This document shows positions 43,016 to 54,702 of a stretch of 64,000 nt of DNA, one piece after another (within the stretch, counting starts at the first letter, position 1; each line of letters begins with the position of its first letter). The notes beneath the pieces are model-generated. The model was not told where the DNA came from, ran no database searches, and was given only the letters and a program-made list of their open reading frames with translations. The DNA is from Parachlamydiales bacterium (lineage in GTDB: Bacteria > Chlamydiota > Chlamydiia > Chlamydiales > SM23-39), in contig JBNLAH010000005.1 of NCBI GenBank assembly GCA_050302075.1, forward strand, positions 132,288-196,287. The letters are read 5' to 3'. Both the position numbers and the translations under genes were made by a program.

Positions 43016-44251
43016 TTATGTAACGTTTTCAGAGCTTCTTTTAACTATAGGTTCTTTATTTTCTTTGACAGTTTGTTCTTCAACAACAATTTCAATAACA
43101 GATGGATCAGAGGGGACCTCGAACATAAGGTCTCTTAGCAGATTTTCTACTATCATACGAAGAGCTCTTGCTCCTGTTTCAGTTTTTTTAGCTTTTTCCG
43201 CAATCGCTCTAAGGGCGCCTTCAGTAAAGCTCAGCTTAACATTTTCTTCCTCAAACATTCTGGTATACTGTTGAATAACTGCATTTTTAGGTTCAGTTAA
43301 AATTCTAACCAAGTCATCAATTGTTAGTTCGTTGCAGTTGGCTAAGCTGTTAAATCTACCAATGAACTCTGGAATTAGACCAAACTGAATGAGATCTTCT
43401 GGCTCAACTTGTGATAATAGATAGTTAGCCTCTTTAGTATCATAACTACCTTTTTGATCCATGGTAAACCCGATTGTAGTTTTGCCAAGCCTTTTTGCAA
43501 CTACTTTATCTAAATGTACAAAAGCTCCACCTACTATAAATAAGATGTTCTGAGTATTGACTTTGATATACTCTTGGTTCGGGTGCTTTCTTCCTCCTTT
43601 TGGAGGGACACTAGCTATAGTTCCTTCTACTATTTTTAAAAGGGCTTGTTGTACACCTTCGCCAGAAACATCTCTTGTAATAGAGACATTGCTAGATGTT
43701 TTGCGGATTTTATCAATTTCATCGATGTAGATGATGCCAAGCTCCGCTTTAGCAACATCATAATCGGCAGCTTGTAGGAGTCTTAAGATTATATTTTCAA
43801 CATCTTCTCCAACATACCCAGCCTCAGTCAGTGTTGTCGCGTCAGTTATTGCAAATGGAACATCTAAAATATCCGCAAGAGTTCTGGCTATCAATGTTTT
43901 ACCGGAGCCTGTGGGTCCAATTAACAACACATTTGACTTGCTATACTCAATGTCAGATTCATTTGACAGCGACTTAATCCTTTTATAATGATTATAAACA
44001 CCGACAGCTATAGCTTTTTTAGCTTTTTCTTGACCTATGATATACTCATCCAATCTTTCCTTAATCTCTTTCGGCTTAAGGCTTTTGATTTCGTAAGATG
44101 ACGGCTTTTTATGCACAATATCCATACATAGGTTCACACACTTGTCACAAATATATGCATGTGGTCCTGAAATTAATTTTTCAACTACGTCTTCTGTCCT
44201 TCCACAGAAAGAACAAGTTGCAAGTTCTCCAGTGCTAGTGTTATTGCTCAT
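43016..44251 (-). CDS. clpX: ATP-dependent Clp protease ATP-binding subunit ClpX
   Basis: N-terminal zinc finger CSFCGR...CDKC, Walker A GPTGSGKT, Walker [10 protein letters not shown]. Overlaps clpP by 4 nt. Confidence 0.95.
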   Translation of the reverse strand: MSNNTSTGELATCSFCGRTEDVVEKLISGPHAYICDKCVNLCMDIVHKKPSSYEIKSLKPKEIKERLDEYIIGQEKAKKAIAVGVYNHYKRIKSLSNESDIEYSKSNVLLIGPTGSGKTLIARTLADILDVPFAITDATTLTEAGYVGEDVENIILRLLQAADYDVAKAELGIIYIDEIDKIRKTSSNVSITRDVSGEGVQQALLKIVEGTIASVPPKGGRKHPNQEYIKVNTQNILFIVGGAFVHLDKVVAKRLGKTTIGFTMDQKGSYDTKEANYLLSQVEPEDLIQFGLIPEFIGRFNSLANCNELTIDDLVRILTEPKNAVIQQYTRMFEEENVKLSFTEGALRAIAEKAKKTETGARALRMIVENLLRDLMFEVPSDPSVIEIVVEEQTVKENKEPIVKRSSENVT

Positions 44252-44868
44252 GTAAGGGCTTTTTCCTGTTGTGTTGTTTTACTTTGTGAAGTAGGGGATG
44301 CGATTTTATCTATTAGTCCATATTTTAAAGCATCCTCAGGGCTCATGTAAAAATCTCTTTCGGAATCTTTTAAGACTTTTTCGATGTCATTGCCAGAAAA
44401 TTTTGCAAGTAGCGAGGAAGTTATCTTCTTTAGTTCAATAATTTCCTTAGCTTGAATATTTATGTCAGCCGAAGAACCTCCAACGCCACCAATAGGTTGG
44501 TGCAGCATAATACGGCTATGAGGAAGAGCGTAGCGCTTTCCTTTTGTGCCAGCTGAAATTAAAAGAGCTGCCATTGAAACTGCTGTACCAATGCAGTATG
44601 TATTAACATCACAACCTAAAAAGTGCATGGTATCCATAATGGCAAGTCCAGATGTAATTTCACCACCAGGAGAGTTAATATATAGGTTTATATCTTTTTT
44701 TGGATCTTCCATTTTCAAGAAAAGCAGCTGTGCGATAACCACATTAGCTATTTGATCATTTATCCAAGTTCCGATGAAAATAATTCGGTCTTTTAATAAA
44801 CGGGAAAAAATATCCATTGAACGCTCTCCGCGTCCTGTGTCTTCAATTACATATGGTGTCAGTGACAT
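44248..44868 (-). CDS. clpP: ATP-dependent Clp protease proteolytic subunit (ClpP2-type, clpX-linked)
   Basis: [31 protein letters not shown]. Confidence 0.93.
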   Translation of the reverse strand: MSLTPYVIEDTGRGERSMDIFSRLLKDRIIFIGTWINDQIANVVIAQLLFLKMEDPKKDINLYINSPGGEITSGLAIMDTMHFLGCDVNTYCIGTAVSMAALLISAGTKGKRYALPHSRIMLHQPIGGVGGSSADINIQAKEIIELKKITSSLLAKFSGNDIEKVLKDSERDFYMSPEDALKYGLIDKIASPTSQSKTTQQEKALT

Positions 44869-44924
44869 ATCAATACCTTGTTTTAACTGTGATAGTTATT
44901 GATAGCTGTAGCTAAAAATTTTTC

Positions 44925-46241
44925 TCAAGTTTGTTTTTCATTTTGATTAAAAATATAGTCTTGAGCCTTTTTTAACATAACTTTCGAAAAGGCTAAAGCG
45001 TAAACTTCTTGAGGAATTGATTTCGGGTCGATTTTAGTATGCCCGTATTGTTGCAGCGATAATAGAGCTTCTTTTATTACGTCATCGTATGTAACATCTA
45101 TTTTTGCGTCTGATACAATTTTCCTGGAAAGGTAAAATAGACGGACTGCATCAACAGACTGCTTTTTCAGATTCTCCATTTGTTTTTTCTTTTCAGCTTC
45201 TGAAAAAGTTTCATATTCCTTTTTTGTTTTAGGATTTTCCATCAATTGTGAAAATCTGAAATCTACTTCTTTTTGAATTAAAGAATTTGGTAGATCAAAT
45301 TGATAAGCATCAATTAAAAATTTATTGACAGCTTCCCCTTTATTTTGATCGTACTTTTCCTGAGCCTGGTCTTTGAGCATTTTTTCTACAGATTCTTTTA
45401 ACTTCTCAACGTTTTCTGCGCCTAGTTTCTTAGCAAACTCATCATCTAAAGCTGGCAGATCCGCTTCCTCTATTTTTTTTACTGTTATCTTTACTTTTTT
45501 AGGTTCAAATTCTTTCTTTTCTTTTTCAGGGGCGTCAGGATCAGGCTTACTAATGCCTTCAATTGAATCGTTTGTCTTGGCTCCAATTACAAGCTCTTGC
45601 ATCCACTTTGCCATTCGCTTATCGGATATTTCAAACCTAGTGTCGTGAAAGACTTTTTGCTTTGGTTCTTCGGTAGTCTCTATGTCCAACAGCACATAGT
45701 CACCTTCTTTAGCAGCCCTATCTGTAATCTCTTTCCAGTTAGCGTAGTAGAACTTTGTTTGGTGAATAGCTTCATCAACTTCTTTTTTTGTAACTTTTGG
45801 AGCTTTTACGTTTTTTGGTTTGAATTTAAGGGGGTCCACAGAGGGCACTTCAGGTTCTACTTCAAACTTAAAAATAAGATCAGCACCGCTTTCCAAGTTG
45901 ATGCTCTTAGCGTCATAAGTAATTTTAGGGCCGTTGCTAAGTATTTTCAAACTAGCAACTTTTTGGCATTCCTTAAAAACATTGTCCGCTAAAACAGAGC
46001 TAAGTTTCTCTTCAACTGCACTAGGATATTTTTTTAAAATAATTTCTTCAGGGGCTTTGCCTTTTCGGAATCCTGGGATTGAAACTTGCTTAGATACTTC
46101 TTTTGCAGCTTTTCTATGCGCAAGCTTGACGAAATCTGAATCCGCATGGACAGATAGCTCTACTTTACAAAGAGGCTGCTTTTGAATTTTAATTTTAAGA
46201 TGATCAGTTGAAATTTCTTCTAAATTATCCGTCTTACTCAA
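44925..46241 (-). CDS. tig: Trigger factor
   Basis: The signature IPGFRKGKAP in the N-terminal ribosome-binding domain. 438 aa. tig-clpP-clpX order. Confidence 0.9.
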   Translation of the reverse strand: MSKTDNLEEISTDHLKIKIQKQPLCKVELSVHADSDFVKLAHRKAAKEVSKQVSIPGFRKGKAPEEIILKKYPSAVEEKLSSVLADNVFKECQKVASLKILSNGPKITYDAKSINLESGADLIFKFEVEPEVPSVDPLKFKPKNVKAPKVTKKEVDEAIHQTKFYYANWKEITDRAAKEGDYVLLDIETTEEPKQKVFHDTRFEISDKRMAKWMQELVIGAKTNDSIEGISKPDPDAPEKEKKEFEPKKVKITVKKIEEADLPALDDEFAKKLGAENVEKLKESVEKMLKDQAQEKYDQNKGEAVNKFLIDAYQFDLPNSLIQKEVDFRFSQLMENPKTKKEYETFSEAEKKKQMENLKKQSVDAVRLFYLSRKIVSDAKIDVTYDDVIKEALLSLQQYGHTKIDPKSIPQEVYALAFSKVMLKKAQDYIFNQNEKQT

Positions 46242-46273
46242 GAAAACCCTCTTTGATTAAAAAAATTAAGAAA

Positions 46274-46345
46274 AGCGGGTGATGAGATTTGAACTCACGA
46301 CCCTCACGTTGGCAACGTGATGCTCTACCACTGAGCTACACCCGC
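46274..46345 (-). tRNA. tRNA-Gly (anticodon GCC)
   Basis: Minus strand folds as a cloverleaf: GCGGGTG TA GCTC AGTGGTA GAGC A TCACG TTGCCAA CGTGA GGGTC GTGAG TTCAAAT CTCAT CACCCGC T. 72 nt. CCA is not encoded. Confidence 0.93.
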
Positions 46346-46600
46346 GAAAAAACATAGAAAAAAAATATAGACGATTAGCTTTTTTTCAGCAACAGTTGAC
46401 TTTTTTTATTAAATTGAATGGATCAAAAATCTAAAGTTTTCTAGTGTAATTTTTTAATATAATTTTATTAAAAAAATAATGAAGGGAAAAGGCCCTCAGG
46501 GCCTTATCTTTTGTAAAATAATTTTTTTGTTGCGGTTGTTTGAAAAAAAATGTAAAACCAAAAATTGCTGCCGTAAATAAATTGAGAGACAAAAAAACAA

Positions 46601-49600
46601 ATGCTAAATTTTCGAAAACTTAAACAAGATTTTTCTTCATCGATACTAAAAGAAGGTAAGGATCTCAATGACAAGAAAAAGGTCATTTTTGCCAAGATTA
46701 TTAAGGTTGATGGCGATGTAATTCGCTTTTGTGCAAAAGTTTTGGGAAACTATGAAAATACTTACGAGAGCGAAATAGAGATAGACCGCTTTGAGTCTGA
46801 GGCACTTCACTCTAACTGCGATTGTCCTTATCGATATGACTGCCAACATCTTGCAGCACTTCTATTTTATTTAGAGGAAAAGGTAGATTCACTTCTAGTT
46901 GAATACTCTAATGAAACAGATATTTCAAATGATTCCGACATCAATAGCGATCAGAAAAAAGAACTACTAGAAACTATTCAAGAAGCAAAGACAAAAGAGT
47001 GTGAAAAAGAAGATAAGAGATATCAAAAGCAAGTTTTGCAAGAGTACATAAGTGCATCCAAGGTTTTAGCAAATTCTCCATTTTTCCAATCACCAGAGAG
47101 TAATCCAAATACAAATGCAGAACTTGCAATATTATTTAATCCAAAGTCTTTGCAAAGTTCCAAGAGGGTAGAGCTTCAACTGGCTTTGCGTTTGCCATTT
47201 CGTTCCAAACCGCTTCAGATAGCACATATAAAAAATTTTCTCGACTCTCTAGGTTATGAAGAACCTGTATTAATTGCGGGTAAGAAGTATTATTTCTCAA
47301 TGTTTTCTTTTGATGAAATTGGCAGAGTAATCCTAAAGTGTTTGATGACAAAGGCTATTTGTCCAAACATAAATGCATCAGATAGAGCTCAAAGAGTGGC
47401 GCAATTGGATATCGAAAACTTTGGAGATCTTTTAGCTCAAGTATATGATCTCACCATGCACTTGAAAAAACCAAGAGGCTTCTCAAATTCATCGGACGAT
47501 CTACCTGTAATGCCATATCTTTATTATGGAAACCTGGAGTCAAATTTGAGGTTTTCCATGAAAATGGCACACTTGCGTTTTGAGCTAGATTTTATAGAGC
47601 CTCCTAACGCAAAAATTTTACTCAAGCCTTCCATTTCAATTGATGAAGATAAGATAAATCTTGAAGATGTTTCTTTGTTTGAATGCAACCGTCCCGGGAT
47701 GCTTTATGAGGAGACTTTTTATCGATTTGATCCGCACATTAAGAGAAAGCACCTTCAAAACATTGGAAGCATTAGAGAAATGACTCTGCCTGAGCCGCTT
47801 TTTGGAACTTTTGTGGAAAACTCACTTCCGGTTTTGAAAAAGTATGCTGAGGTTGCTCAAGAAAATGTTCTAGACCGTTTTGTTACTCTTCCATTTGCAG
47901 GGGAACTGAGAGGAAGGTGTGAACTTTCATATGTTGATGGAGAGTTAGAAGCTGCACTTTTTTTCAACTATGATGGCAATGAAATTCCAGCGGCAATTGG
48001 AAAACTTGGTTTCCAAAACATAAAAGCATTTGTGTCAGACGATGGAGTTTTAGCCCGTAATTTAATTGAAGAAAAACAGATCATTGAAAATCTATTTCAA
48101 GATTTTCTATTTAATCCTCATCACGGAACTTTTGTAGCTAAAACTGATAAGAAGATTGTTGAGTTTATGACAGAAATTGTTCCAAGAAATCAACATAAAG
48201 TTGATTTTGAATGTCCTCAAAATTTGCTAGATCAGTTCATATATGACACAACTACTTTTAAGTTATCTTTAGATTACAAGGATCAAATTGGATTTTATGA
48301 GCTTAATCTGAAAGTCGATGGGGACTTGAAAGGAGTTGCTTTAAATGTGCTCTGGGACTGCATAGCTTCTAAACGCTCTTATCTAGAATTAGATGCAGCA
48401 AAAATAAGGATAAAAAGAGGCGAAGACTCTAGGTTTTCTAAAATACTTGTCTTGGACCTTACTAAAATCACAAAAATAGTCCAGCTATTTGATGAACTTG
48501 GGATAGACAAGCTGAACTCCCATAAAGAAAGTAGACCGCTTTGGAATTTGGTAACAATAAATGAACAGTTATTTGAAGGTCTTCCTATTGAGTTTGAAAT
48601 GTCTGAAAAACTTAAAGAAATTCAAAGTCAGATGTTAGGAGAAAAAGAAATCTGCTCGTCTGAGGTTCCAAAGGACATCAAAGCTTCATTAAGGCCTTAT
48701 CAAAAAGAAGGTGTAAAATGGCTAGAGAAGCTTAGGAAAATGTTTTTGAATGGGATACTGGCTGATGATATGGGACTTGGGAAAACATTACAGGCTATTT
48801 CCGCAATAACACAGCACCATATTGATACTCAGAATCCTTTCACCTTAATTGTATGCCCAACTTCTTTGCTTTATAACTGGAAAGAGGAAATTTCAAAATT
48901 TAACCCGAAGCTAAAAACCATAGTTGTCGACGGGGTCCCAAACCAAAGAAAGAAAACACTGGCTAAAATTGAAAACTTTGATGTGGTAATAACTTCTTAT
49001 ACTCTTTTGCAAAAAGATATTGATGTTTACTCTAAAAAAGATTTTACCTACGCCATACTAGATGAAGCTCAGCATATCAAAAACAGAGGTACTAGAAACG
49101 CTAAATCTACGAAAATGATTAAAGCTGCACATAGGTTGATCCTTACAGGGACTCCGATTGAAAACTCTCTAGAAGAGCTATGGAGCTTGTTTGATTTCTT
49201 AATGCCAAACTTTTTAAGTTCTTTCGATCGTTTTGTGGATAAATATTTAAGATCTACAGGAAAAGCACATGTAGAAAATATTGAATATCTAAAAAGAAAA
49301 ATATCTCCTTTCATTTTAAGAAGGATGAAAAAAGATGTGTTGGAAGATCTTCCACCTGTAGATGAAATTATTTATCACTGCCAACTTAGCGACGTTCAAA
49401 TTGCTTTGTATAGATCTTATGCAGAGTCTGCAAAAGATGAACTAACAAAACTTGTTGAAAGGGATGGGTTTGAGAAAGTTCAAATTCATGTGCTTGCCAC
49501 TTTGACAAGATTGAAGCAAATTTGCTGTCACCCTGCAATTTTTGCAAAAGAAAAAGTCGAAAGCGGGGATTCGGCGAAGTATGAAATGCTACTGGAGCTT

Positions 49601-50080
49601 TTACAGTCACTAGTTGAAGGAAGCCATAAAACTGTTATTTTCTCTCAATACACTAGAATGCTGCAAATTATGAAAGAAGATTTCTCTCAAAAGGGGATTT
49701 CTTTTTCTTATCTGGACGGGTCTAGTAAGAACCGCTTGGAAATTGTCAATCAATTTAATGAAGATCCAAATATTCCAGTGTTTTTAGTTTCACTAAAAGC
49801 CGGTGGCACGGGATTAAACCTGGTCGGGGCGGATACAGTGATTCATTATGATATGTGGTGGAATCCCGCAGTTGAAAATCAAGCTACAGACAGAGTCCAT
49901 CGTATTGGGCAAAAAAAATCTGTGTCTTCGTATAAATTGATTACTAAAAACACAATTGAAGAAAAAATAGTAGAGATGCAGCGAAGAAAAAAAGGATTGG
50001 TAAAGAAAGTCGTAAGCTGCGATGATGAAGCAATTGCAAAATTGACTTGGGAAGATGTACTAGAACTTCTACAGACGTAA
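46601..50080 (+). CDS. SWIM zinc-finger / SNF2-family helicase (chlamydial SWI/SNF helicase paralogue 2; position of CT708)
   Basis: SWIM motif [22 protein letters not shown]2 motifs [38 protein letters not shown]. Confidence 0.9.
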   Translation: MLNFRKLKQDFSSSILKEGKDLNDKKKVIFAKIIKVDGDVIRFCAKVLGNYENTYESEIEIDRFESEALHSNCDCPYRYDCQHLAALLFYLEEKVDSLLVEYSNETDISNDSDINSDQKKELLETIQEAKTKECEKEDKRYQKQVLQEYISASKVLANSPFFQSPESNPNTNAELAILFNPKSLQSSKRVELQLALRLPFRSKPLQIAHIKNFLDSLGYEEPVLIAGKKYYFSMFSFDEIGRVILKCLMTKAICPNINASDRAQRVAQLDIENFGDLLAQVYDLTMHLKKPRGFSNSSDDLPVMPYLYYGNLESNLRFSMKMAHLRFELDFIEPPNAKILLKPSISIDEDKINLEDVSLFECNRPGMLYEETFYRFDPHIKRKHLQNIGSIREMTLPEPLFGTFVENSLPVLKKYAEVAQENVLDRFVTLPFAGELRGRCELSYVDGELEAALFFNYDGNEIPAAIGKLGFQNIKAFVSDDGVLARNLIEEKQIIENLFQDFLFNPHHGTFVAKTDKKIVEFMTEIVPRNQHKVDFECPQNLLDQFIYDTTTFKLSLDYKDQIGFYELNLKVDGDLKGVALNVLWDCIASKRSYLELDAAKIRIKRGEDSRFSKILVLDLTKITKIVQLFDELGIDKLNSHKESRPLWNLVTINEQLFEGLPIEFEMSEKLKEIQSQMLGEKEICSSEVPKDIKASLRPYQKEGVKWLEKLRKMFLNGILADDMGLGKTLQAISAITQHHIDTQNPFTLIVCPTSLLYNWKEEISKFNPKLKTIVVDGVPNQRKKTLAKIENFDVVITSYTLLQKDIDVYSKKDFTYAILDEAQHIKNRGTRNAKSTKMIKAAHRLILTGTPIENSLEELWSLFDFLMPNFLSSFDRFVDKYLRSTGKAHVENIEYLKRKISPFILRRMKKDVLEDLPPVDEIIYHCQLSDVQIALYRSYAESAKDELTKLVERDGFEKVQIHVLATLTRLKQICCHPAIFAKEKVESGDSAKYEMLLELLQSLVEGSHKTVIFSQYTRMLQIMKEDFSQKGISFSYLDGSSKNRLEIVNQFNEDPNIPVFLVSLKAGGTGLNLVGADTVIHYDMWWNPAVENQATDRVHRIGQKKSVSSYKLITKNTIEEKIVEMQRRKKGLVKKVVSCDDEAIAKLTWEDVLELLQT

Positions 50081-50094
50081 AAACTAGGATTGAC

Positions 50095-51189
50095 ATGAAA
50101 TTTAAGACGAAATTTCATCTAAATGAAATTTTTAAAAGATCGAAGAATTTAATTTTTAATAAATTTGAACGCTTATCTAAAGTACTTTCAAGTGATATCG
50201 GGATTGACTTAGGAACTGCTAATACACTTGTCTATGTAAAAGGAAAAGGGATTGTCTTAGCTGAGCCATCAGTTGTAGCAGTAGATTCTCTTACAAATGA
50301 AGTTTTGGCGGTAGGCCATAAAGCAAAGGCGATGTTAGGTAAGACGCCTAGAAAGATTCATGCTGTAAGGCCTATGAAAGATGGTGTTATTGCTGATTTT
50401 GAAATTGCAGAAGGGATGTTGAAAGCTCTTATTAAAAGAGTCACTCCTTCAAGATCTCTCTTTAGACCAAAAATTTTAATAGCCGTGCCTTCTGGAATTA
50501 CAGGAGTTGAAAAAAGAGCTGTGGAAGACTCAGCTTTACATGCGGGTGCTCAGGAGGTTGTTTTAATTGAAGAACCTATGGCAGCTGCAATTGGAGTTGA
50601 TTTGCCTGTACATGAGCCATCAGCCAATATGATAATTGATATTGGAGGTGGTACAACCGAGATAGCTATTATTTCTTTAGGTGGAATTGTTGAGTCTAGA
50701 TCTCTTCGTATTGCGGGAGATGAATTTGATGACTGTATTATGAATTATATGAGACGTACATATAATTTAATGATAGGGCCTCGTACAGCTGAAGAAATTA
50801 AAATGACTATAGGTTCAGCCTATCCTTTAGGAACTGAACTTGAGATGGAAGTTAGAGGGCGAGATCAAGTCGCAGGACTTCCTACTACCAGAAGAATTAA
50901 TTCAGTAGAAATAAGAGAGTGTTTGGCAGAGCCAAACCAACAAATCATTGAAAGCGTTAAGCTCACTTTGGAAAAATGTCCTCCAGAACTTGCTTCAGAT
51001 CTAGTTGAAAGGGGTATGGTTTTAGCGGGAGGTGGAGCTTTGATCAAAGGTCTTGATAAGTATTTAATTAAAGAAACAGGACTTCCTGTTTTTGTGGCTC
51101 AAAATCCACTTTTGGCTGTTTGTCTAGGTACAGGGAAGGCTTTAGATTATCTAGAACGTTTTAAAAAGAAAAAATCCTTAAACGTATAA
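50095..51189 (+). CDS. mreB: Rod-shape/division actin homologue MreB
   Basis: [29 protein letters not shown] and [17 protein letters not shown] prefer the start at ATG 50095 to the upstream in-frame start that overlaps the helicase. Confidence 0.93.
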   Translation: MKFKTKFHLNEIFKRSKNLIFNKFERLSKVLSSDIGIDLGTANTLVYVKGKGIVLAEPSVVAVDSLTNEVLAVGHKAKAMLGKTPRKIHAVRPMKDGVIADFEIAEGMLKALIKRVTPSRSLFRPKILIAVPSGITGVEKRAVEDSALHAGAQEVVLIEEPMAAAIGVDLPVHEPSANMIIDIGGGTTEIAIISLGGIVESRSLRIAGDEFDDCIMNYMRRTYNLMIGPRTAEEIKMTIGSAYPLGTELEMEVRGRDQVAGLPTTRRINSVEIRECLAEPNQQIIESVKLTLEKCPPELASDLVERGMVLAGGGALIKGLDKYLIKETGLPVFVAQNPLLAVCLGTGKALDYLERFKKKKSLNV

Positions 51190-53000
51190 TGCAATTTAAT
51201 ACGCCGCTTAATAAATGGACATCTAATACCAAATTAATCAATTGGATTGAAAAATACGTTAACTTATTAGCTCCTAAAAATGTTCATTTGTGCGATGGCT
51301 CTCAAGAAGAGTACGATGCTTTAATGCAACAAATGGTATCGCAAGAAAAAGCTATCAAGCTTGATGATAAGAAAAGACCAAACAGCTTTCTTTTCTTATC
51401 TAATCCAGATGATGTTGCGAGAGTTGAAGAACGTACATTTATATGTAGCAAAAAAAAAATAGATGCAGGTCCGACAAATAATTGGGTAGAGCCTCAAGAG
51501 ATGAAAGATAGGCTTAAATCATTATTTAGTGGATCTATGGAAGGAAGGACTATGTATGTCATTCCTTTCAGCATGGGGCCTTTGGGATCGAAAATAGCTC
51601 ACATTGGTGTCCAAATTACCGACTCAGAATATGTCGTATGTAATATGCGAATTATGACGAGGATGGGAAAAAAAGTATTAGATGTTTTAAAAAATGATCC
51701 GTTTGTTCCTTGTTTGCACTCAGTTGGTTATCCACTTAAAAACAATCGAGAAGATGTTAAATGGCCCTGTGATCCGGAAAATCGTTACATCGTTCATTTT
51801 CCAGAGGAAAGATCTATATTCTCATATGGTAGTGGATACGGTGGTAACGCCTTATTAGGAAAGAAATGTTTTGCTCTCCGTATTGCGTCCGTAATGGCAA
51901 GAGATGAAATGTGGATGGCTGAACATATGTTGATTATGGGGATTACCAATCCTAAAGGGATTAAAAAATATTTTGCAGCAGCATTTCCTAGTGCTTGTGG
52001 AAAAACAAATCTTGCAATGCTTTCTCCTTCGCTTCCCGGATGGAAAGTAGAGGTTGTGGGAGATGATATTGCATGGATGAAAATAGGCAAGGATAAAACT
52101 TTAAGAGCTATAAATCCTGAAGCTGGTTTTTTTGGAGTGGCACCTGGTACTTCTTATGAGACAAATCCTAATGCGATGAAATCGATTGAAAAGAACTCTA
52201 TATTTACAAATGTTGCTCATACAGAAAAAGAAGTAGATGTTTGGTGGGAGAAAATGACTAAAACTCCTCCTGATGACTTAATCGATTGGTATGGAAATAA
52301 GTGGGATCCAACTTCAGAAAAAACTGCAGCGCATCCAAATTCAAGATTTACGGCACCTATTTCACAATGTCCAATTGTTGATCCCGCTTTTGAAGACCCA
52401 GAAGGAGTTCCAATCTCTGCTATTATATTTGGTGGTAGAAGAGATAGTGTTATTCCTTTAGTTTATGAAGCATTTAATTGGGCACATGGCACACTTTTAG
52501 GCGCGGGGGTATCATCTCAAACAACTGCAGCTGCAAAAGGGCAGGTTGGTAAATTGAGACATGATCCTTTTGCGATGCTACCTTTTTGTGGCTATAATAT
52601 GGGTGACTATTTTGCTCATTGGTTAGATATGGGAAAAGAAACATCATCTAATAATCTTCCAAAGATCTTCTATGTTAATTGGTTTAGAAAAGATGATGCA
52701 GGAAACTTTATTTGGCCAGGTTTTGGGGAAAATATTCGTGTTCTTAAATGGATGTTTGAAAGAACTGATGGGGTGGAGCATGCAGATAAAACTCCAATCG
52801 GGTACCTTCCTAAAAAAGATGCAATTGATACATCTGGATTAAAGATATCAGAAAATTCTATGGAATCTCTTCTAGAGGTTGATAGAAAAGCCTTCTATGA
52901 TGAAATCTTAGACCAAGAAAAGTACTTTGAAATGTTTGAAGATCATTTTCCAAGCGATCTCAAAGAAACACTATCGCAAATAAAAAAAGCTCTAAAATAG
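51189..53000 (+). CDS. pckG: Phosphoenolpyruvate carboxykinase (GTP-dependent)
   Basis: [13 protein letters not shown] kinase-1a motif, [18 protein letters not shown], about 600 aa, typical of GTP-PEPCK. TAATG overlap with mreB. Confidence 0.92.
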   Translation: MQFNTPLNKWTSNTKLINWIEKYVNLLAPKNVHLCDGSQEEYDALMQQMVSQEKAIKLDDKKRPNSFLFLSNPDDVARVEERTFICSKKKIDAGPTNNWVEPQEMKDRLKSLFSGSMEGRTMYVIPFSMGPLGSKIAHIGVQITDSEYVVCNMRIMTRMGKKVLDVLKNDPFVPCLHSVGYPLKNNREDVKWPCDPENRYIVHFPEERSIFSYGSGYGGNALLGKKCFALRIASVMARDEMWMAEHMLIMGITNPKGIKKYFAAAFPSACGKTNLAMLSPSLPGWKVEVVGDDIAWMKIGKDKTLRAINPEAGFFGVAPGTSYETNPNAMKSIEKNSIFTNVAHTEKEVDVWWEKMTKTPPDDLIDWYGNKWDPTSEKTAAHPNSRFTAPISQCPIVDPAFEDPEGVPISAIIFGGRRDSVIPLVYEAFNWAHGTLLGAGVSSQTTAAAKGQVGKLRHDPFAMLPFCGYNMGDYFAHWLDMGKETSSNNLPKIFYVNWFRKDDAGNFIWPGFGENIRVLKWMFERTDGVEHADKTPIGYLPKKDAIDTSGLKISENSMESLLEVDRKAFYDEILDQEKYFEMFEDHFPSDLKETLSQIKKALK

Positions 53001-53007
53001 GTGTTGT

Positions 53008-53460
53008 TTGCGCCTTGTAGTTCAAAGAGTCAAAAAAGCGTCAGTCGCAATAGATCAAAAAATAATCAGTGAGATTAACCAAGGACTGCTTGTTTTTCTC
53101 GGTATTCATACGAAAGATAATGAAGATGCTATTGATTATTTAATAGATAAACTACTTCATTTAAGAATTTTTGAAGATGATCAAAATAAAATGAATAAGT
53201 CAATACAAGACATTAATGGTCAGATTTTATTAGTTTCTCAGTTTACCTTATATGCTGATTGCTCAAAAGGACGAAGACCATCATTTGTAAATGCTAAAAG
53301 ACCTGATCTTGCAGAAAAAATCTACATTGAATTTTTAAAAAGGCTAAAGGCCAACTTTGAAAATACATCCGAGGGCAAGTTTGGTGCTGATATGCAAATA
53401 GAACTTACAAATGATGGTCCAGTAACCATCATATTAGAAAAATTGTCTCCAGATCTATGA
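53008..53460 (+). CDS. dtd: D-aminoacyl-tRNA deacylase
   Basis: MRLVVQRV (TTG start), SQFTLYAD, GRRPSF, NDGPVTI. Confidence 0.9.
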   Translation: MRLVVQRVKKASVAIDQKIISEINQGLLVFLGIHTKDNEDAIDYLIDKLLHLRIFEDDQNKMNKSIQDINGQILLVSQFTLYADCSKGRRPSFVNAKRPDLAEKIYIEFLKRLKANFENTSEGKFGADMQIELTNDGPVTIILEKLSPDL

Positions 53461-53525
53461 TAATCATCTATTTGTTTACAAATTTTGAGTGTGTTGAAGA
53501 TATTTGAGTCAGCGTTTTTAAAGCG

Positions 53526-54104
53526 CTAGTTAGATTTTGTTATTTTAATAAAGTTCCTTAGCAATTTATATCCTTCATTAGAAAGTACTGACTCTGGATG
53601 GAACTGTACTCCGAATATAGGGAAGTCTAAATGCTCTATAGCCATTATTTGTTCATCATCTTCAGATAGGGCAGTAATAGCTAAAGAACTTGGAATACTG
53701 CTTTTATCAATCACAAGAGAATGGTAGCGCATCATGGAGATACTTTGTGAAATATTAGAGAAAAGACCTTTTTGATTGTGGATGATTTTACTTGTTTTTC
53801 CATGCATTACAACAGGGGCCCTTATAATTTTTGCTCCAAATACATGGCCAATAGCTTGGTGACCTAGGCAAATACCTAAGATAGGAATTTTATTCTTAAA
53901 ATGTTGGATTAACTCAAGTGAGGCGCCGGTGTCTTCAATTGATTTAGGACCTGGCCCGATGACAATTTGAGAGGGATTAAGTTGCAGGCATTTTGAAGTG
54001 GTCATTTCATGGTTCCTGAAGACTTTAATTTCTTCGCCAATAACTTGAAATGCCTGCACTATGTTATAAGTAAAAGAATCGAAATTATCGATAAACAAAA
54101 TCAT
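53526..54104 (-). CDS. Class I glutamine amidotransferase, PabA/TrpG type (aminodeoxychorismate/anthranilate synthase component II)
   Basis: [23 protein letters not shown] (catalytic Cys), FHPES. folK nearby favours the pabA role. Confidence 0.85.
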   Translation of the reverse strand: MILFIDNFDSFTYNIVQAFQVIGEEIKVFRNHEMTTSKCLQLNPSQIVIGPGPKSIEDTGASLELIQHFKNKIPILGICLGHQAIGHVFGAKIIRAPVVMHGKTSKIIHNQKGLFSNISQSISMMRYHSLVIDKSSIPSSLAITALSEDDEQIMAIEHLDFPIFGVQFHPESVLSNEGYKLLRNFIKITKSN

Positions 54105-54538
54105 TTCAGTTTTGAAGAACTACGAGAAAAGATTTCATTAGCATCAAAAAAGTAAGCTATTTCCCTTTTTGCTGTATCTTCTGCATCAGAGCCGTGCACT
54201 GCATTTGCATCGATATTTTCAGCAAAATCAGCTCTAATTGTTCCTGGCTTTGCTTCTTTAGGGTTAGTAGCTCCCATGATTTCACGGTTTTTCTGGATTG
54301 CGTTTTCTCCTTCTAAGACCATTACTAAAACTGGTCCTGACGTCATAAATCCAACTAGTTCATCAAAAAAAGGCTTTCCTTTATGAATGTCGTAGAATCC
54401 CTCAGCTTTTTCTTTGCTAAGATGAAGCATTTTAGCTGCAACAACAGTAAGCCCACCTTGCTCTAGGTATGAGATTACTTTTCCGATGTTATTTTTTTGA
54501 ACCGTGTCAGGTTTTAAAATTGATAATGTCTGTTCCAT
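54101..54538 (-). CDS. ndk: Nucleoside diphosphate kinase
   Basis: [17 protein letters not shown] (active-site His). 145 aa. Confidence 0.93.
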   Translation of the reverse strand: MEQTLSILKPDTVQKNNIGKVISYLEQGGLTVVAAKMLHLSKEKAEGFYDIHKGKPFFDELVGFMTSGPVLVMVLEGENAIQKNREIMGATNPKEAKPGTIRADFAENIDANAVHGSDAEDTAKREIAYFFDANEIFSRSSSKLK

Positions 54539-54620
54539 GAATTATCTCCAAAGTTGTTTAGGATCACCCATTATAAAAGTTTTATGAGAGAAATTCTAGT
54601 ATCAAGATTTAATAATATGC

Positions 54621-54640
54621 TATTATTATCGATAATAATA
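54621..54640. promoter_or_regulatory. Perfect 20-bp palindrome in the divergent ndk / GT9 intergenic region (candidate operator)
   Basis: TATTATTATCGATAATAATA is identical to its own reverse complement. Confidence 0.3.
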
Positions 54641-54702
54641 ATTTTAATTAGATAAAACTGTTAGCTTTTTTGAGCTAAGGTGCAAAAAGAGAGTTTTTTT
54701 AT

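Noticed and set aside
42924-43274. 116-aa + strand ORF spanning the terminator and the 3' end of clpX.
   Set aside because: It runs straight through a strong intrinsic terminator and is antisense to the clearly real clpX. It has no RBS.
37907-46345. The seven-gene operon as part of a tRNA-Gly-associated genomic island.
   Set aside because: The tRNA is 3.3 kb away, separated by the core genes clpX-clpP-tig. I saw no integrase, no direct repeat of the tRNA 3' end and no obvious compositional break by eye. The operon is more likely vertically inherited and lineage-specific.
46504-46695. 63-aa minus-strand ORF in the tRNA-Gly/helicase intergenic region.
   Set aside because: It overlaps the helicase start region, has hydrophobic low-complexity translation and no RBS. 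It is probably spurious.
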